DNA of 64,000 bases. Origin: Mycobacteriales bacterium (GTDB taxonomy: Bacteria > Actinomycetota > Actinomycetes > JAFAQI01). This document shows, one piece after another, positions 19,087 to 28,878 of this stretch. The stretch's first letter is position 1; every line of letters begins with the position of its first letter. The DNA lies in assembly GCA_035695245.1 (NCBI GenBank), contig DASSEQ010000054.1:731-64730 (forward strand), written 5' to 3'. The notes under the pieces were generated by a model that worked only from the letters and a program-made list of their open reading frames with translations, was not told the DNA's origin and searched no databases. Position numbers and translations under genes: made by a program.

Positions 19087-20790
19087 TTACTTCACGTAGC
19101 CGATGGCCGTGTAGTCGACCGTGGCCAGGCCGAACGAACCGAGATTCGCAATGCCGTTCGTCACACCGTTGAGCTGCGGACGCTGGAAGAGCATCAGCGA
19201 GTGCACCTCGTTCCAGATGTGGGTGTCCGCGTCCTCCATCTTCTGCACGTAGACGTTGTGGTCCAGCGACGTCAGTGCATCGGTGAAGTCCTGGTCGATC
19301 GCGGGGTCACACATCCCGGTGAAGTTGCTCTGACCGGCAGAGCCCTTCTTGCAGATGTAGATGTCGCGGTTACCACCAGCCGGGAACGGCGTCCCGATCC
19401 ACGAGAAGATCGTGATGTCGAAGTTGCCCGGAATGATGTACTTGTCGAAGAAGTCCTGCGACGGCACGGTGACGATGTTGAGCTTGACACCGATCGCCTG
19501 CATCATCGACTGCATCAGCTCGCCGGCCTGCTTGCTGGACGCGACGCCGGCCGGGATGGTGAACCGGACGTCGAGTTCCTTGCCGCCCTTCGAGCGGTAA
19601 CCGTTGGAGCCCTTCGCCCAGCCGTCGGCGTCGAGCGCCTTGTTCGCGGCTGCGGCGTCATACTTGCCGACCGTCCCCGAGTTGTTCTGGTAGCCGGTCT
19701 GACCCTGCACGAAGATGTGGTTGTCGAGCGTTGTCGGGGTGCCGATCGGCAAGCCCGTCAACGCGCTCTTCGCAATCGCGAGGCGGTTGGTGCCCATCGC
19801 AATCGCCCGACGGACGTTGACGTCGGCCAGGACGCCGCCGTTGTGGAAGGTGAACTGCCGCTGGTCAGGACCGGTGGCGAGCAGGACCTTGCCGTTGGGG
19901 TTGCTGGCCGCGAGCTTGTAGTCCTGGGCGTCCGGCGTGATGCGCGAGTCGTAGTTGATCTCGCCGTTGGCGAAGGCCTGGTTGGCGGCCGTGGACTCGA
20001 GCGTCTTGAAGACGATCTTGTCCAGGTGCGGCTTGTTGCTGCCCCACCAGTTCGGGTCGGGAACGACGGTCGCCGTCTGGGCGGACTTGTCGAAGCCGGC
20101 GAACTTGAACGGGCCGGCGGTGACCGGGATCTTGCTCAGGTAGTCGTTGTCGAAGTGCTTCGGCGTCGAGTTGGTGCTCGCCGGGTAGAGCGGGTTGAAC
20201 AGCGGCTGCCACTCGGCGTAGACGCTCTTGAAGGTCACCAGCACGTCGAACTGGTCGGTGCCCTGGTCGACGCTCGCGATCTGGTCGTAGCCGGAGGTGC
20301 TGGCCGGGTCGAACTTCGAGTTGGATCCGTTGAGCGCCTTCCACTGCGCTTGGAAGTCCTTGACCGTGATCGGCGTGCCGTTGGACCACTTAGCGCTCGG
20401 GTTGAGCTTGTACTCGACCTTTTGCGGGCTCGTGCTGACCACCTTGACCGATGACCAGTAGTTGGGGTCGAAGCTCACGTCGCCCTTGGCGTTGGTGATC
20501 GTCGGCTCCGGCATGAGCGAGCCCATCGTGTCCGCCATCGATGTCTCGTTGCCGTTGATCTGGTTGACGTTCCACTGCGGCCCGAACTGGTCCATTGCCC
20601 AGATGACGGTGCCGCCCTGCTTCAGGTCGCTGGCCGGATGGGCGTTGATGTTGATCGGCGGAAGCCCCGTGCTGGCTGGCGTTTTCTGGCTGGACGGTTT
20701 GTTACCGCCACTCGAGCCGCCGCAAGCGGTGAGCGCGAGCACACCTGCCAACGGCAACGCGAGCAATGCACTTCCTCGATGCATCCTCAC
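19087..20790 (-). CDS. ABC transporter substrate-binding lipoprotein (family 5, peptide/nickel type)
   Basis: Track ORF. Lipoprotein signal LALPLAGVLALTACGG. Length and composition resemble DppA/OppA-like SBPs. Confidence 0.85.
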   Translation of the reverse strand: MRMHRGSALLALPLAGVLALTACGGSSGGNKPSSQKTPASTGLPPININAHPASDLKQGGTVIWAMDQFGPQWNVNQINGNETSMADTMGSLMPEPTITNAKGDVSFDPNYWSSVKVVSTSPQKVEYKLNPSAKWSNGTPITVKDFQAQWKALNGSNSKFDPASTSGYDQIASVDQGTDQFDVLVTFKSVYAEWQPLFNPLYPASTNSTPKHFDNDYLSKIPVTAGPFKFAGFDKSAQTATVVPDPNWWGSNKPHLDKIVFKTLESTAANQAFANGEINYDSRITPDAQDYKLAASNPNGKVLLATGPDQRQFTFHNGGVLADVNVRRAIAMGTNRLAIAKSALTGLPIGTPTTLDNHIFVQGQTGYQNNSGTVGKYDAAAANKALDADGWAKGSNGYRSKGGKELDVRFTIPAGVASSKQAGELMQSMMQAIGVKLNIVTVPSQDFFDKYIIPGNFDITIFSWIGTPFPAGGNRDIYICKKGSAGQSNFTGMCDPAIDQDFTDALTSLDHNVYVQKMEDADTHIWNEVHSLMLFQRPQLNGVTNGIANLGSFGLATVDYTAIGYVK

Positions 20791-20838
20791 TCCTCTTCCT
20801 CCTGTCGGATGGATATGCGTGGTGGGTAGTTGCCGCGA

Positions 20839-22953
20839 CTACACGACAGCCAATGGCTCGGCGTAGTGGCACGCGGCTTCATGGTCCGGACCCATCTGGG
20901 TCAGGGCGGGGGATTCGTTGATGCAGAGCTGCTGTTGTTCGGCGGTCAGCTCACCGGCGAACTTCTGGCAGCGCGTGCGGAACCGGCAGCCCGAGGGAGG
21001 GTTGGCCGGACTGGGGAGGTCGCCTTGCAGGATGATGCGGGTGCGCGAGCGCTCCTTGTCGGGATCCGGGATCGGGATCGCTGACAGCAGTGCTTGGGTA
21101 TACGGCATCGACGGGCGCTCGTAGACCGAGTGCACCTCACCGATCTCAACGATCCGGCCGAGATACATGACCGCGATGCGATCTGCGATGGCGCGCACGA
21201 CCGACAGGTCGTGAGCCACGAAGAGATAGGAAAGCGACAGCTCGGCCCGAAGCTCCATCAGCAGGTTGATGACGCCGGCGCGAATCGAGACGTCGAGAGC
21301 GGACACAGGCTCGTCGAGCACGATGAGCTTGGGCTCGAGCGCCAGGGCCCGCGCAATTCCGACCCGCTGTCGCTGACCGCCGGACATCTCCTGCGGGTAG
21401 CGCGACGCGTAGCCGGTGTCCAAGCCGACGAGCCGCAACAGCTCGCGCACCCGCTTGTCGACCGCGCCCCTCGAGTAGCGATGCGTCCGAAGCGGCTCCG
21501 CCAAGATGTCGCCGATCGGCAGCCTCGGATCCAGCGAGGCCTGCGGGTCCTGGAAGACCACCTGAAGGTCTCGGCGGAGCGCCTTGCGGCTGTGCCGCTC
21601 CAATTCGCGCGTGTCTTTGCTGGCGATGACGATCCGGCCGTCCTGTGGCTTCACCAGCTCGAGGATCTGCAGGATCGTCGTCGTCTTCCCGCAGCCGGAC
21701 TCGCCGACCAACCCGAGCGTCTCGCCCTCGCGGATGTCGAAGTCGATGCCGTCGACCGCCTTGACCGTGCCGACCTGACGCTTGAGCACTGCACCTTTGA
21801 GCAGCGGGTAGTGCTTCACGAGTCCTTCCAGCCGGATCGCTTCCGGCCGCTCCTCGCGAGGCACGCGCTGCAGCGGCGCCCGCCCGATCTCGGGCACGGG
21901 GAACACGTCACCGACCACCCAGCCGTTGTCCTCGATCTCGCCGGCCCGGTGACATGCGGCGACGTGGGAGGACTGCCGCACCGGTTCGAGCGGCGGCTCG
22001 GTCTCTCGGCAGACATCGATGGCGAGCGGGCAACGCGGCTCGAACGGGCAGCCGGGCGGCAGGTTGGCAAGCGACGGCGGATTTCCTTCGATCGGCACCA
22101 GTGCCGAGCGTCCCGTTGCATCGACTCTCGGGATGGAGCCGAGCAGGCCCATCGTGTAGGGCATTCGCGGCGCGTAGTAGAGCTCGTCGGTCGTGCCGAC
22201 CTCCACCGGGCGACCGGCGTACATCACGAGCACCCGGTCGGCGATGCCGGCAACCACCCCGAGGTCGTGGGTGATCAGCACGATGGCGGCACCCGTCTCG
22301 GCGCGCGCCGTTTGCAGCACGTCGAGGATCTGAGCCTGGATGGTGACGTCCAGAGCGGTCGTCGGTTCGTCGGCGATGATGACGTCGGGATCGTTGGCGA
22401 TCGCCATAGCGATCATTGCCCGCTGGCGCATCCCTCCGGAGAACTCGTGCGGAAAGCTCCGGGCCCGATCCGAGGGGTTGGGAATGCCGACCAGGTCGAG
22501 CAGCTCGACGGCGCGCTTGTGCGCACGGTCCTTGGAGACGTCGTTGTGGATCAGAACCGCTTCGGCGATCTGGTCGCCGATGGTGTAGACCGGCGTCAGT
22601 GCCGAGAGCGGCTCCTGGAAGACCATCGCGACCTTCTTGCCGCGCAAGGTCGAGGCTTCACGGTCGGACATGCCGACGAGCTCGCGACCGGACAGCCGAA
22701 TCGAACCGCGGATTCGGGCGCTGGTTGGCAACAGCCCCATGACCGCGAGGGACGACACCGACTTGCCGGACCCCGACTCGCCGACGATGCCGAGCGCTTC
22801 TCCCCGTCGAACTTGGTAGGACAAGCCGCGCACCGCATTGACCGGCGCGCCACCTACGACCGGAAACGTGACATGCAGATCGTCGACGACCAGCACGGCG
22901 TCGCCGTCGTCGGGGACGATCGGCTCGACGAGTCCCTCGGTGCTCGCCGTCAT
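20839..22953 (-). CDS. ABC transporter ATP-binding protein, fused double ATPase (DppD/DppF-like)
   Basis: Track ORF. Two Walker A motifs (GESGSGKS, GESGCGKT), two signature motifs (FSGGMRQR, MSGGQRQR) and oligopeptide-type Cys-containing C-terminal extensions. Confidence 0.92.
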   Translation of the reverse strand: MTASTEGLVEPIVPDDGDAVLVVDDLHVTFPVVGGAPVNAVRGLSYQVRRGEALGIVGESGSGKSVSSLAVMGLLPTSARIRGSIRLSGRELVGMSDREASTLRGKKVAMVFQEPLSALTPVYTIGDQIAEAVLIHNDVSKDRAHKRAVELLDLVGIPNPSDRARSFPHEFSGGMRQRAMIAMAIANDPDVIIADEPTTALDVTIQAQILDVLQTARAETGAAIVLITHDLGVVAGIADRVLVMYAGRPVEVGTTDELYYAPRMPYTMGLLGSIPRVDATGRSALVPIEGNPPSLANLPPGCPFEPRCPLAIDVCRETEPPLEPVRQSSHVAACHRAGEIEDNGWVVGDVFPVPEIGRAPLQRVPREERPEAIRLEGLVKHYPLLKGAVLKRQVGTVKAVDGIDFDIREGETLGLVGESGCGKTTTILQILELVKPQDGRIVIASKDTRELERHSRKALRRDLQVVFQDPQASLDPRLPIGDILAEPLRTHRYSRGAVDKRVRELLRLVGLDTGYASRYPQEMSGGQRQRVGIARALALEPKLIVLDEPVSALDVSIRAGVINLLMELRAELSLSYLFVAHDLSVVRAIADRIAVMYLGRIVEIGEVHSVYERPSMPYTQALLSAIPIPDPDKERSRTRIILQGDLPSPANPPSGCRFRTRCQKFAGELTAEQQQLCINESPALTQMGPDHEAACHYAEPLAVV

Positions 22954-23879
22954 CGAGCCTGACCCGACGTGGGGTCGAGTGCGTCGCGGAGTCCGTTGCC
23001 CACGAGGTTCACCGACAGCACGAACAGGGTGAGGAAGCCGGCCGGGAAGAGGAACAGCCAGGGGAAGGTCGTGGCCGAGGTCTGCGCATCGGAGATCAAC
23101 GTGCCCAGCGAGATGTCCGGCGGTTGAACACCGAAACCGAAGAACGACAGACCGGTCTCGGTCAAAACGGCGACGCTGATGTTCACGGTGGCGTCGATGA
23201 TCAGCAACGACGCCAAGTTGGGCAGGATGTGCCGGGCGATGATGCGCGGCCCGGACAGCCCCATGTACTTGGCCGCGAGGACATACTCCCGCTCACGCAG
23301 CGAGAGCGTTTGGCCGCGCACGATGCGCGCGGTGATCTGCCAGATGAACATGCCCAGCAGCACGACGAAGAGCCAGAAGTTGTGGAACTGCGGCGACAAG
23401 ATCGCGATGATGAGGAACGACGGGACGATCAGCAGCATGTTGACGAGCCACATGAGCACGCGGTCGACCCAACGCCCGAAGTAGCCCGAGAACGAGCCGA
23501 CGATCGCGGCGATGCCGGTAGCCATCAGCGCGACCAGCAACCCGATGATGATCGACTTCTGCGCACCCCGCATCGTTGCGGCGAACATGTCCTTGCCGGT
23601 CAGGTCCGTGCCGAACCAGTGATCGGAGTTCGGTGAGACCTGCAACGCGTTGAAGTCGTGGTCGGTGTACTTCCACTTGGTCAAGTGGATCCCGACGAAC
23701 GCCATGAGCACGAGGAGCACGACGAAGACGAGACCGACAACAGCGAGCTTGTGATGCAGGAAACGGCGGAAAACGATGCGGGCGCGGGACGGCACCTGCG
23801 TGTCGTCGATGGGTGCCGTGCCGGCTATGCCGGACTCGGCGGTGACCGTCCCGAGGAGCTCCTGCGGATCGACCGTCAT
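22950..23879 (-). CDS. ABC transporter permease (DppC-like)
   Basis: Track ORF 22950..24020 trimmed to ATG 23879 (MTVDPQELL..), with an ATGA overlap on the upstream stop. Permease loop EREYVLAAKYMGLSGPRIIARHILPN. Confidence 0.88.
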   Translation of the reverse strand: MTVDPQELLGTVTAESGIAGTAPIDDTQVPSRARIVFRRFLHHKLAVVGLVFVVLLVLMAFVGIHLTKWKYTDHDFNALQVSPNSDHWFGTDLTGKDMFAATMRGAQKSIIIGLLVALMATGIAAIVGSFSGYFGRWVDRVLMWLVNMLLIVPSFLIIAILSPQFHNFWLFVVLLGMFIWQITARIVRGQTLSLREREYVLAAKYMGLSGPRIIARHILPNLASLLIIDATVNISVAVLTETGLSFFGFGVQPPDISLGTLISDAQTSATTFPWLFLFPAGFLTLFVLSVNLVGNGLRDALDPTSGQAR

Positions 23880-24865
23880 CAGCCCACCCTCACCCGCGGG
23901 TCGAGGATGCCGACGACGATGTCCTGCAGCATCGACGCGAACAGAACCAGGATCGCGACGATCATCGTGATCGCGGCGACGGCGTTGGTGTCGCTCGACT
24001 GGATCGACGTCACGAACCACTCGCCCATGCCGTGCCAGCCGTAGATGATCTCGGTGAACGTCGCTCCGACGAAGATCGTCGCGAAGGCGTAGGTGAAGAG
24101 GGTGATCGAGGGGATCAGCGCGGTGCGCAGAGCGTGTCGGCGAAGCGCAGTGCCGCGACGCAGGCCTTTCGCCCTCGCCGTACGCACATAGTCGCTGCCG
24201 AGCACGTCGAGCATCGCGTTGCGCTGGTAGAGCATGAGGTAGGACGCGCCCGCCAGAAGCAACGTGATGGTCGGCAGCAGCAGGTGGTTGAGCCGGTCGC
24301 CGATGTGCGAGAAGAACCCACCCGACAGCGCCGGGTTGTATTGCCCGGAAAACTGGAACACGCGATGCCCGAAGACGTTGTCATTGAGCTTCGACGCGAT
24401 GACCTGCAACAGGATTGCCAGCACGAACACCGGCATCGCGAGCAGCACGAAGGCGCCCGTGCTGAGCAAATTGTCAGGTATTCGGTATTGCTTCACCGCC
24501 GCATACGCGCCGGCCGCGATGCCGACGAGCCCGCCGAGCACCGTGCCGATCAACAACAGCTGGCCGCTCACCCACATCTTCCGGCCCAGGTTGCCGTTGA
24601 CCGAACCGCCGTCCCAGTCGCGGCCGAAGTCGCCGTGGACGAGACCGTCGAGCCAGTGGCCGTAGCGGGTCAGGATCGGCGTCTCGTCGTTGATGTTGTA
24701 CGACGACAGCGTGCGGTCGATCGAGGCCTTGGGAATCGGCGGGTTGCGCCCCTCGTAGTTGGCGCGTGGGTTCAGTGACAACGCAGCGAGGAAATAGGCC
24801 ATCGAAGTCGCGATGAAGACGAGGACGATGTAGTTCAGCAGTCGCCGGGCCAGGAACTTGACCAA
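23879..24865 (-). CDS. ABC transporter permease (DppB-like)
   Basis: Track ORF. Starts MVKFLARRLLNYIVLVF; permease loop RTARAKGLRRGTALRRHALRTALIP. Confidence 0.9.
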   Translation of the reverse strand: MVKFLARRLLNYIVLVFIATSMAYFLAALSLNPRANYEGRNPPIPKASIDRTLSSYNINDETPILTRYGHWLDGLVHGDFGRDWDGGSVNGNLGRKMWVSGQLLLIGTVLGGLVGIAAGAYAAVKQYRIPDNLLSTGAFVLLAMPVFVLAILLQVIASKLNDNVFGHRVFQFSGQYNPALSGGFFSHIGDRLNHLLLPTITLLLAGASYLMLYQRNAMLDVLGSDYVRTARAKGLRRGTALRRHALRTALIPSITLFTYAFATIFVGATFTEIIYGWHGMGEWFVTSIQSSDTNAVAAITMIVAILVLFASMLQDIVVGILDPRVRVG

Positions 24866-25202
24866 GGGTCACCCTCCGCCGGACGGCTGCACGGCACGAT
24901 GCTGCCACTCACGGAACGCAAAGCCGCGCATTGTGACGGTTTCGTGACCCAAATGTGGCGCCGTTGCGGAGCAAGGCCGCAAGATGTTCACCTGATCGCC
25001 ACACCGCCGGCCGCCAACCACCAGCAGCATGTTCCGTTTTGCCCCGAAGTTGCCCGACCCTCTGCGGGGCGACCAGTCGCTCCCGGCTTGACGTCCGGCG
25101 TTGACATCGACGAAGCGCACCTTTCGGCGGTGCTTCAAACGTGCGGTTTGTCAAGATCAACGAGTCCGCCGACTGGTAGAGCTCCTTCGGGTTACAGCAC
25201 AG

Positions 25203-25275
25203 AGCCGCCTGTCGGAATCGAACCGACGACCTATTCATTACGAGTGAATCGCTCTGCCGACTGAGCTAAGGCGGC
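25203..25275 (-). tRNA. tRNA-Thr (anticodon CGU)
   Basis: The reverse complement folds by hand into a perfect 73-nt cloverleaf: GCCGCCT-TA-GCTC-AGTCGGCA-GAGC-G-ATTCA-CTCGTAA-TGAAT-AGGTC-GTCGG-TTCGATT-CCGAC-AGGCGGC-T. CCA is not encoded. Confidence 0.93.
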
Positions 25276-25304
25276 GCGCCCGCTCGCGCGGGCCGTCGAG
25301 GAGT

Positions 25305-26831
25305 CTACCCGCAACGCGGCGACCCGGTCGGGGCGCGCGCGCTCTCGATGTAGGTGTTGACGTAGGAAACGATGCAGGCGTCGCCGCGCAGGTAGGCGGT
25401 GTGACCGTCGCCGTTCAGGGTCAGCAGGCGACCAGCTGGGCCGAGCTGTCGGGCGAGGGCCACGGCATCGACGTACGGCGTGGCCGCGTCGTGGGTCGTG
25501 CCGACGACGAGGATGGGCGGAGCCCCCGGTGCGCTGACCGGATGCGCGTTCTCCACTGGAGGGACGTGCCAGAACGCACACGGAAGCGAGCTGTAAAGAA
25601 TTGCCAGCCCGAAATGGGGCGATGCCTGCTGCGCCTGTTTGGCTGCGGCATCGAACCCGGCGACACTTCGCGGCGAGTCGCGATCGATGCAGTTGATCGC
25701 CATGTTCGACTCCATCAAGTTGCTGTAGGAGCCGTTCTGGTTGCGTTCGGTGAGGTCGTCGGCGAAGGCAAGCATGCCGTTGCCGCTGCCGTGCTGCGCG
25801 TCGGCGAGCGCAGTCCGGAGGCTCGGCCACTCGCTCGTGCTGTAGAAGCCCGACGCGAGTCCGATGAAGAACTCTCCTGCGTCCATGCTGCGGCTACCGA
25901 CCGGTTCGGGATGGCTCCGCACCTGGGCCGTGAGCCGGTCGAGTCCGCTCTCGGCCGCGGCGTTCGTGGAGCCCAGCGGGCACGAGCCCTGCTTGACGCA
26001 CCAGGCGAGGAAGTCGTGCAGGTTGGTCTCGAACCCGCGGGACTGCTCGATGTCTGCGGCCACGGTGTTCTCGGCTGGGTTGACCGCTCCATCGAGCACG
26101 AGCGCGCGGATGTGGGTCGGGAACAGCTGGGCATACTTCGCGCCGAGGAAGGTGCCGTAGGACGCCCCGTAGTAGGTGAGCTTGCGGTCCCCTAGCGCCG
26201 CCCGCAGGACGTCCATGTCGCGCGCGGCGTCGAGCGTGCCGACATGCGCGAGATAGCTGCCGTTGCGCTTCCAGCAGCCGTCGGCGAACTCCTTGCTCAT
26301 CGCGATGATGTGCGCCCGAGAGGCAGCCGTCGACGGTGTCGGGTCGGCCTCGAAGAACGCGTCCAGCTGCGCCGAGGTCAGGCACCGGATCGGCCGCGAC
26401 TGGCCCACTCCGCGCGGGTCGAAGCTGACAAGGTCGAAATGGTCGTTGAGCCCGGCGTAGGCAAACGCGGCCTGGCGTTCGAACTGCACGCCGGATCCAC
26501 CCGGACCGCCAGGGTTGAGGATCAGCGAGCCGTGATGAGATCCCGTCGACTTCTTGCGGATGACGGCGATGTGCAGGGTGCCGGCCCCGGGGTGGCTGTA
26601 GTCGAGTGGCACCAGCAGCGATGTGCACGTGAACGGGCTGCCGCAGTCGTGCCAGGCCAGCTTCTGCCGATAGAACCGGTCGAGCGCCGACGCATTCGCA
26701 CTGGGCGACGGGGTGCCATCCGGCGACGACGACGCGCCGGAGACCGGCGCCTGGGTCGGCTGCGTCGACGACGTCGGTGTTGCGGACGAGCAACCGGCGA
26801 GCGCAACGACCAAGGCGAAGGCAGCTGTCAC
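25305..26831 (-). CDS. secreted/lipoprotein alpha/beta hydrolase (tripeptidyl-aminopeptidase-like)
   Basis: Track ORF 25305..27230 trimmed. Lipobox LAGC in (M)RRVTAAFALVVALAGCSS and nucleophile elbow YYGASYGTF. Start is GTG 26831 (GTGA overlap with the ricT stop) or ATC 26840. Confidence 0.8.
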   Translation of the reverse strand: MTAAFALVVALAGCSSATPTSSTQPTQAPVSGASSSPDGTPSPSANASALDRFYRQKLAWHDCGSPFTCTSLLVPLDYSHPGAGTLHIAVIRKKSTGSHHGSLILNPGGPGGSGVQFERQAAFAYAGLNDHFDLVSFDPRGVGQSRPIRCLTSAQLDAFFEADPTPSTAASRAHIIAMSKEFADGCWKRNGSYLAHVGTLDAARDMDVLRAALGDRKLTYYGASYGTFLGAKYAQLFPTHIRALVLDGAVNPAENTVAADIEQSRGFETNLHDFLAWCVKQGSCPLGSTNAAAESGLDRLTAQVRSHPEPVGSRSMDAGEFFIGLASGFYSTSEWPSLRTALADAQHGSGNGMLAFADDLTERNQNGSYSNLMESNMAINCIDRDSPRSVAGFDAAAKQAQQASPHFGLAILYSSLPCAFWHVPPVENAHPVSAPGAPPILVVGTTHDAATPYVDAVALARQLGPAGRLLTLNGDGHTAYLRGDACIVSYVNTYIESARAPTGSPRCG

Positions 26832-27709
26832 GCGTCGGATGGCTCGTCCTCCGTTGCTTCCTCGGCGTTGGGTCTCGCGCCGGACGCCACGGCATCGTCG
26901 TGTGCCCGCCGCGGTGCGCACACCGACGCCCGAGAGCAGCGGCACGTCTGCCCGCTTGCGGACAGCCGCACGACCACGGAGTCCGAGGGCACGTTGTGCC
27001 CGACGACCCGCCCGTCCCCCTCCGGTGTCTCCACCGTCGCGCCTACTCGCGGCGCGCTCGCCTTGAACTCCTGGTAGAGGGGGTGTTCGTATTTCAGGCA
27101 GCACAACAATCGGCCGCAGGCGCCGGAGATCTTCAGCGGGTTGACCGGAAGGTCTTGGTCCTTGGCCATCCGAACGCTGACCGGCTCGAAGTCCTTGAGG
27201 AAGGTCGCGCAGCAAAGGTCGCGACCGCAAGGCCCGATCCCGCCCTGGACGCGCGCCTCGTCTCGCGCGCCGAGCTGTCGGAGCTCGACCTTCGTGTCGA
27301 GCGTCCGCGACATGTCCCGCACAAGGTCTCGGAAGTCGACCCGGTGCGGCGCCGAGAAGTAGACGATGAAGCGCCGCGGATCGGACCGGTCGCGGTAGTC
27401 GACACCCACGACCTTCATCGGCAGGTCGTGCTGCTTGATCAGCCGCTTGGCGGCGACCCGGGCTTGCGCACGCCGGCGGCGATTGTCTTCGTCGCGACTC
27501 AGGTCGTCCGCCGTCGCTGCTCCGGCCAAGCTGGGCAGACCGCCGATCTCGTCATCGACCCACTGCGGTGCCCAAACGCACTCGGCGACCTCGGTGCCGT
27601 CGTCGGTAGGCACCAGCACCTTGTCGCCGACGTGCGCGGTCGCCGAACCTGCGTCCAGGTAGTAGAGCCGGCCGTAACGCTCGAAGCTCACGGCCATGAC
27701 CATCGGCAC
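26828..27709 (-). CDS. PSP1-domain protein (RicT/YaaT-like)
   Basis: Track ORF. PSP1 C-terminal Cys cluster GPCGRDLCCATFL ... GACGRLLCCLKYE. Sits after holB as in many Gram-positives. Confidence 0.85.
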   Translation of the reverse strand: MPMVMAVSFERYGRLYYLDAGSATAHVGDKVLVPTDDGTEVAECVWAPQWVDDEIGGLPSLAGAATADDLSRDEDNRRRRAQARVAAKRLIKQHDLPMKVVGVDYRDRSDPRRFIVYFSAPHRVDFRDLVRDMSRTLDTKVELRQLGARDEARVQGGIGPCGRDLCCATFLKDFEPVSVRMAKDQDLPVNPLKISGACGRLLCCLKYEHPLYQEFKASAPRVGATVETPEGDGRVVGHNVPSDSVVVRLSASGQTCRCSRASVCAPRRAHDDAVASGARPNAEEATEDEPSDA

Positions 27710-27729
27710 GACCGAAGCCTACGTCCCGG

Positions 27730-28878
27730 TCAGCCCGCGTGCAGGCTCACCGCCATCGCTTCAACCGCGAGCAGCGGAGCGACGTTGGTGTCGATCGCTT
27801 CCCGGCAGGCGAGGATCGCGTCGATCCGCCGTAGCGTCGACTCGGCGCTCGTGGCTCCGGCGATCCGCTCGATCGTGCGCGTCAGGTCGACGTTGACGAG
27901 GTCGACGTCGGCTTCGAGCTGCACGACGAGGACGTCGCGGTAGAAGGCGGCGAGGTCGATCAGCGCGCGATCGAGGGCGTCGCGTTGAGTCCTTTTCGCT
28001 CGCGAGCCCTGTCGTTTCTCCAGCTCTGAGAGCGCCGCGGCCGCGCCGCGAGGACGGGCGGCGCCCCGCGTGCGCACGGTGTCCCCCACTGCTTCACGCA
28101 TCGCGGCGGTCTCCGCCTCGTCGAGTGCATCGGTGATGGCGCGGGCCTCGTCACGTGCCGCTTCGACGAGATTTGCCGCCGCGGTGAAGCAGCCGCCGAC
28201 GGTCGAAACATGCGTGGGGAGTTCGAGCACTTCCCGCCGCCGTCGCTTCGCCTCGTCGTTGACGGCGAAGCGGCGCGCCCGTCCGACATGCCCTTGCGCG
28301 GCCCGAGCCGCCCAGTTGGCAACCGCGGCGTCGACACCTTCCCTTTCCAGGTGCGCTGCCACAGCCGGGTACGGCGGAATGCGAAGCGTCACCTGCCGGC
28401 ATCTCGACCGAATCGTGGGCAGCAGGTCCTCGGGAGTCGGCGCGCACAGCAGGAAGACGCCGCGCGGAGGCGGCTCTTCCAAGGCTTTGAGCAGGGTGTT
28501 GCTGGTGCGCTCTTCCATGCGGTCCGCGTCTTCGATCAGGGTGATCTGCCAACGGCCTTGCGACGGTGCGCGAAAGCTCGCGGCGACGATTTCGCGGGCA
28601 TCCGCGATGACCAGGTGCAGACCTTGCGGGACGACCAGGTTGACGTCGGGGTGCGCTCCACTGAGCGCGGTGTGGCACTCGTGACAGGTGCCGCATCCGC
28701 CATCAGGACACTGCAACGCCGCCGCGAACGCACGCGCGGCGACGGAACGACCGCTGCCGGGCGGGCCCGTGAAAAGCCACGCGTGTGTCATGCCCTTGCC
28801 CGATGCGGCGCCGGCGACGGCGGACTTCAGCAGGTGCACGACCGCGTCCTGGCCGACCAGCGCGTCGAAGACCGTCAC
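27730..28878 (-). CDS. holB: DNA polymerase III subunit delta'
   Basis: Track ORF. AAA+ Walker A region THAWLFTGPPGSGRS and zinc module CPDGGCGTCHEC. ATGA overlap with tmk. Confidence 0.88.
   Translation of the reverse strand: MTVFDALVGQDAVVHLLKSAVAGAASGKGMTHAWLFTGPPGSGRSVAARAFAAALQCPDGGCGTCHECHTALSGAHPDVNLVVPQGLHLVIADAREIVAASFRAPSQGRWQITLIEDADRMEERTSNTLLKALEEPPPRGVFLLCAPTPEDLLPTIRSRCRQVTLRIPPYPAVAAHLEREGVDAAVANWAARAAQGHVGRARRFAVNDEAKRRRREVLELPTHVSTVGGCFTAAANLVEAARDEARAITDALDEAETAAMREAVGDTVRTRGAARPRGAAAALSELEKRQGSRAKRTQRDALDRALIDLAAFYRDVLVVQLEADVDLVNVDLTRTIERIAGATSAESTLRRIDAILACREAIDTNVAPLLAVEAMAVSLHAG

Noticed and set aside
21094-22962. 622-aa plus-strand ORF
   Set aside because: It lies antisense to the double ABC ATPase gene, which has two complete Walker A/signature sets. 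It is a shadow ORF.
24932-24947. TGTGACGGTTTCGTGA upstream of the peptide ABC operon as a CRP site
   Set aside because: Only the left half-site matches. The right half is CGTGA, a direct rather than inverted repeat of GTGAC.
25203-25275. tRNA-Thr as an integration hotspot flanked by a genomic island (the Dpp-type transporter side)
   Set aside because: I saw no integrase, recombinase or phage genes, and no repeat of the tRNA 3' end nearby. The flanking genes look like ordinary chromosomal genes.
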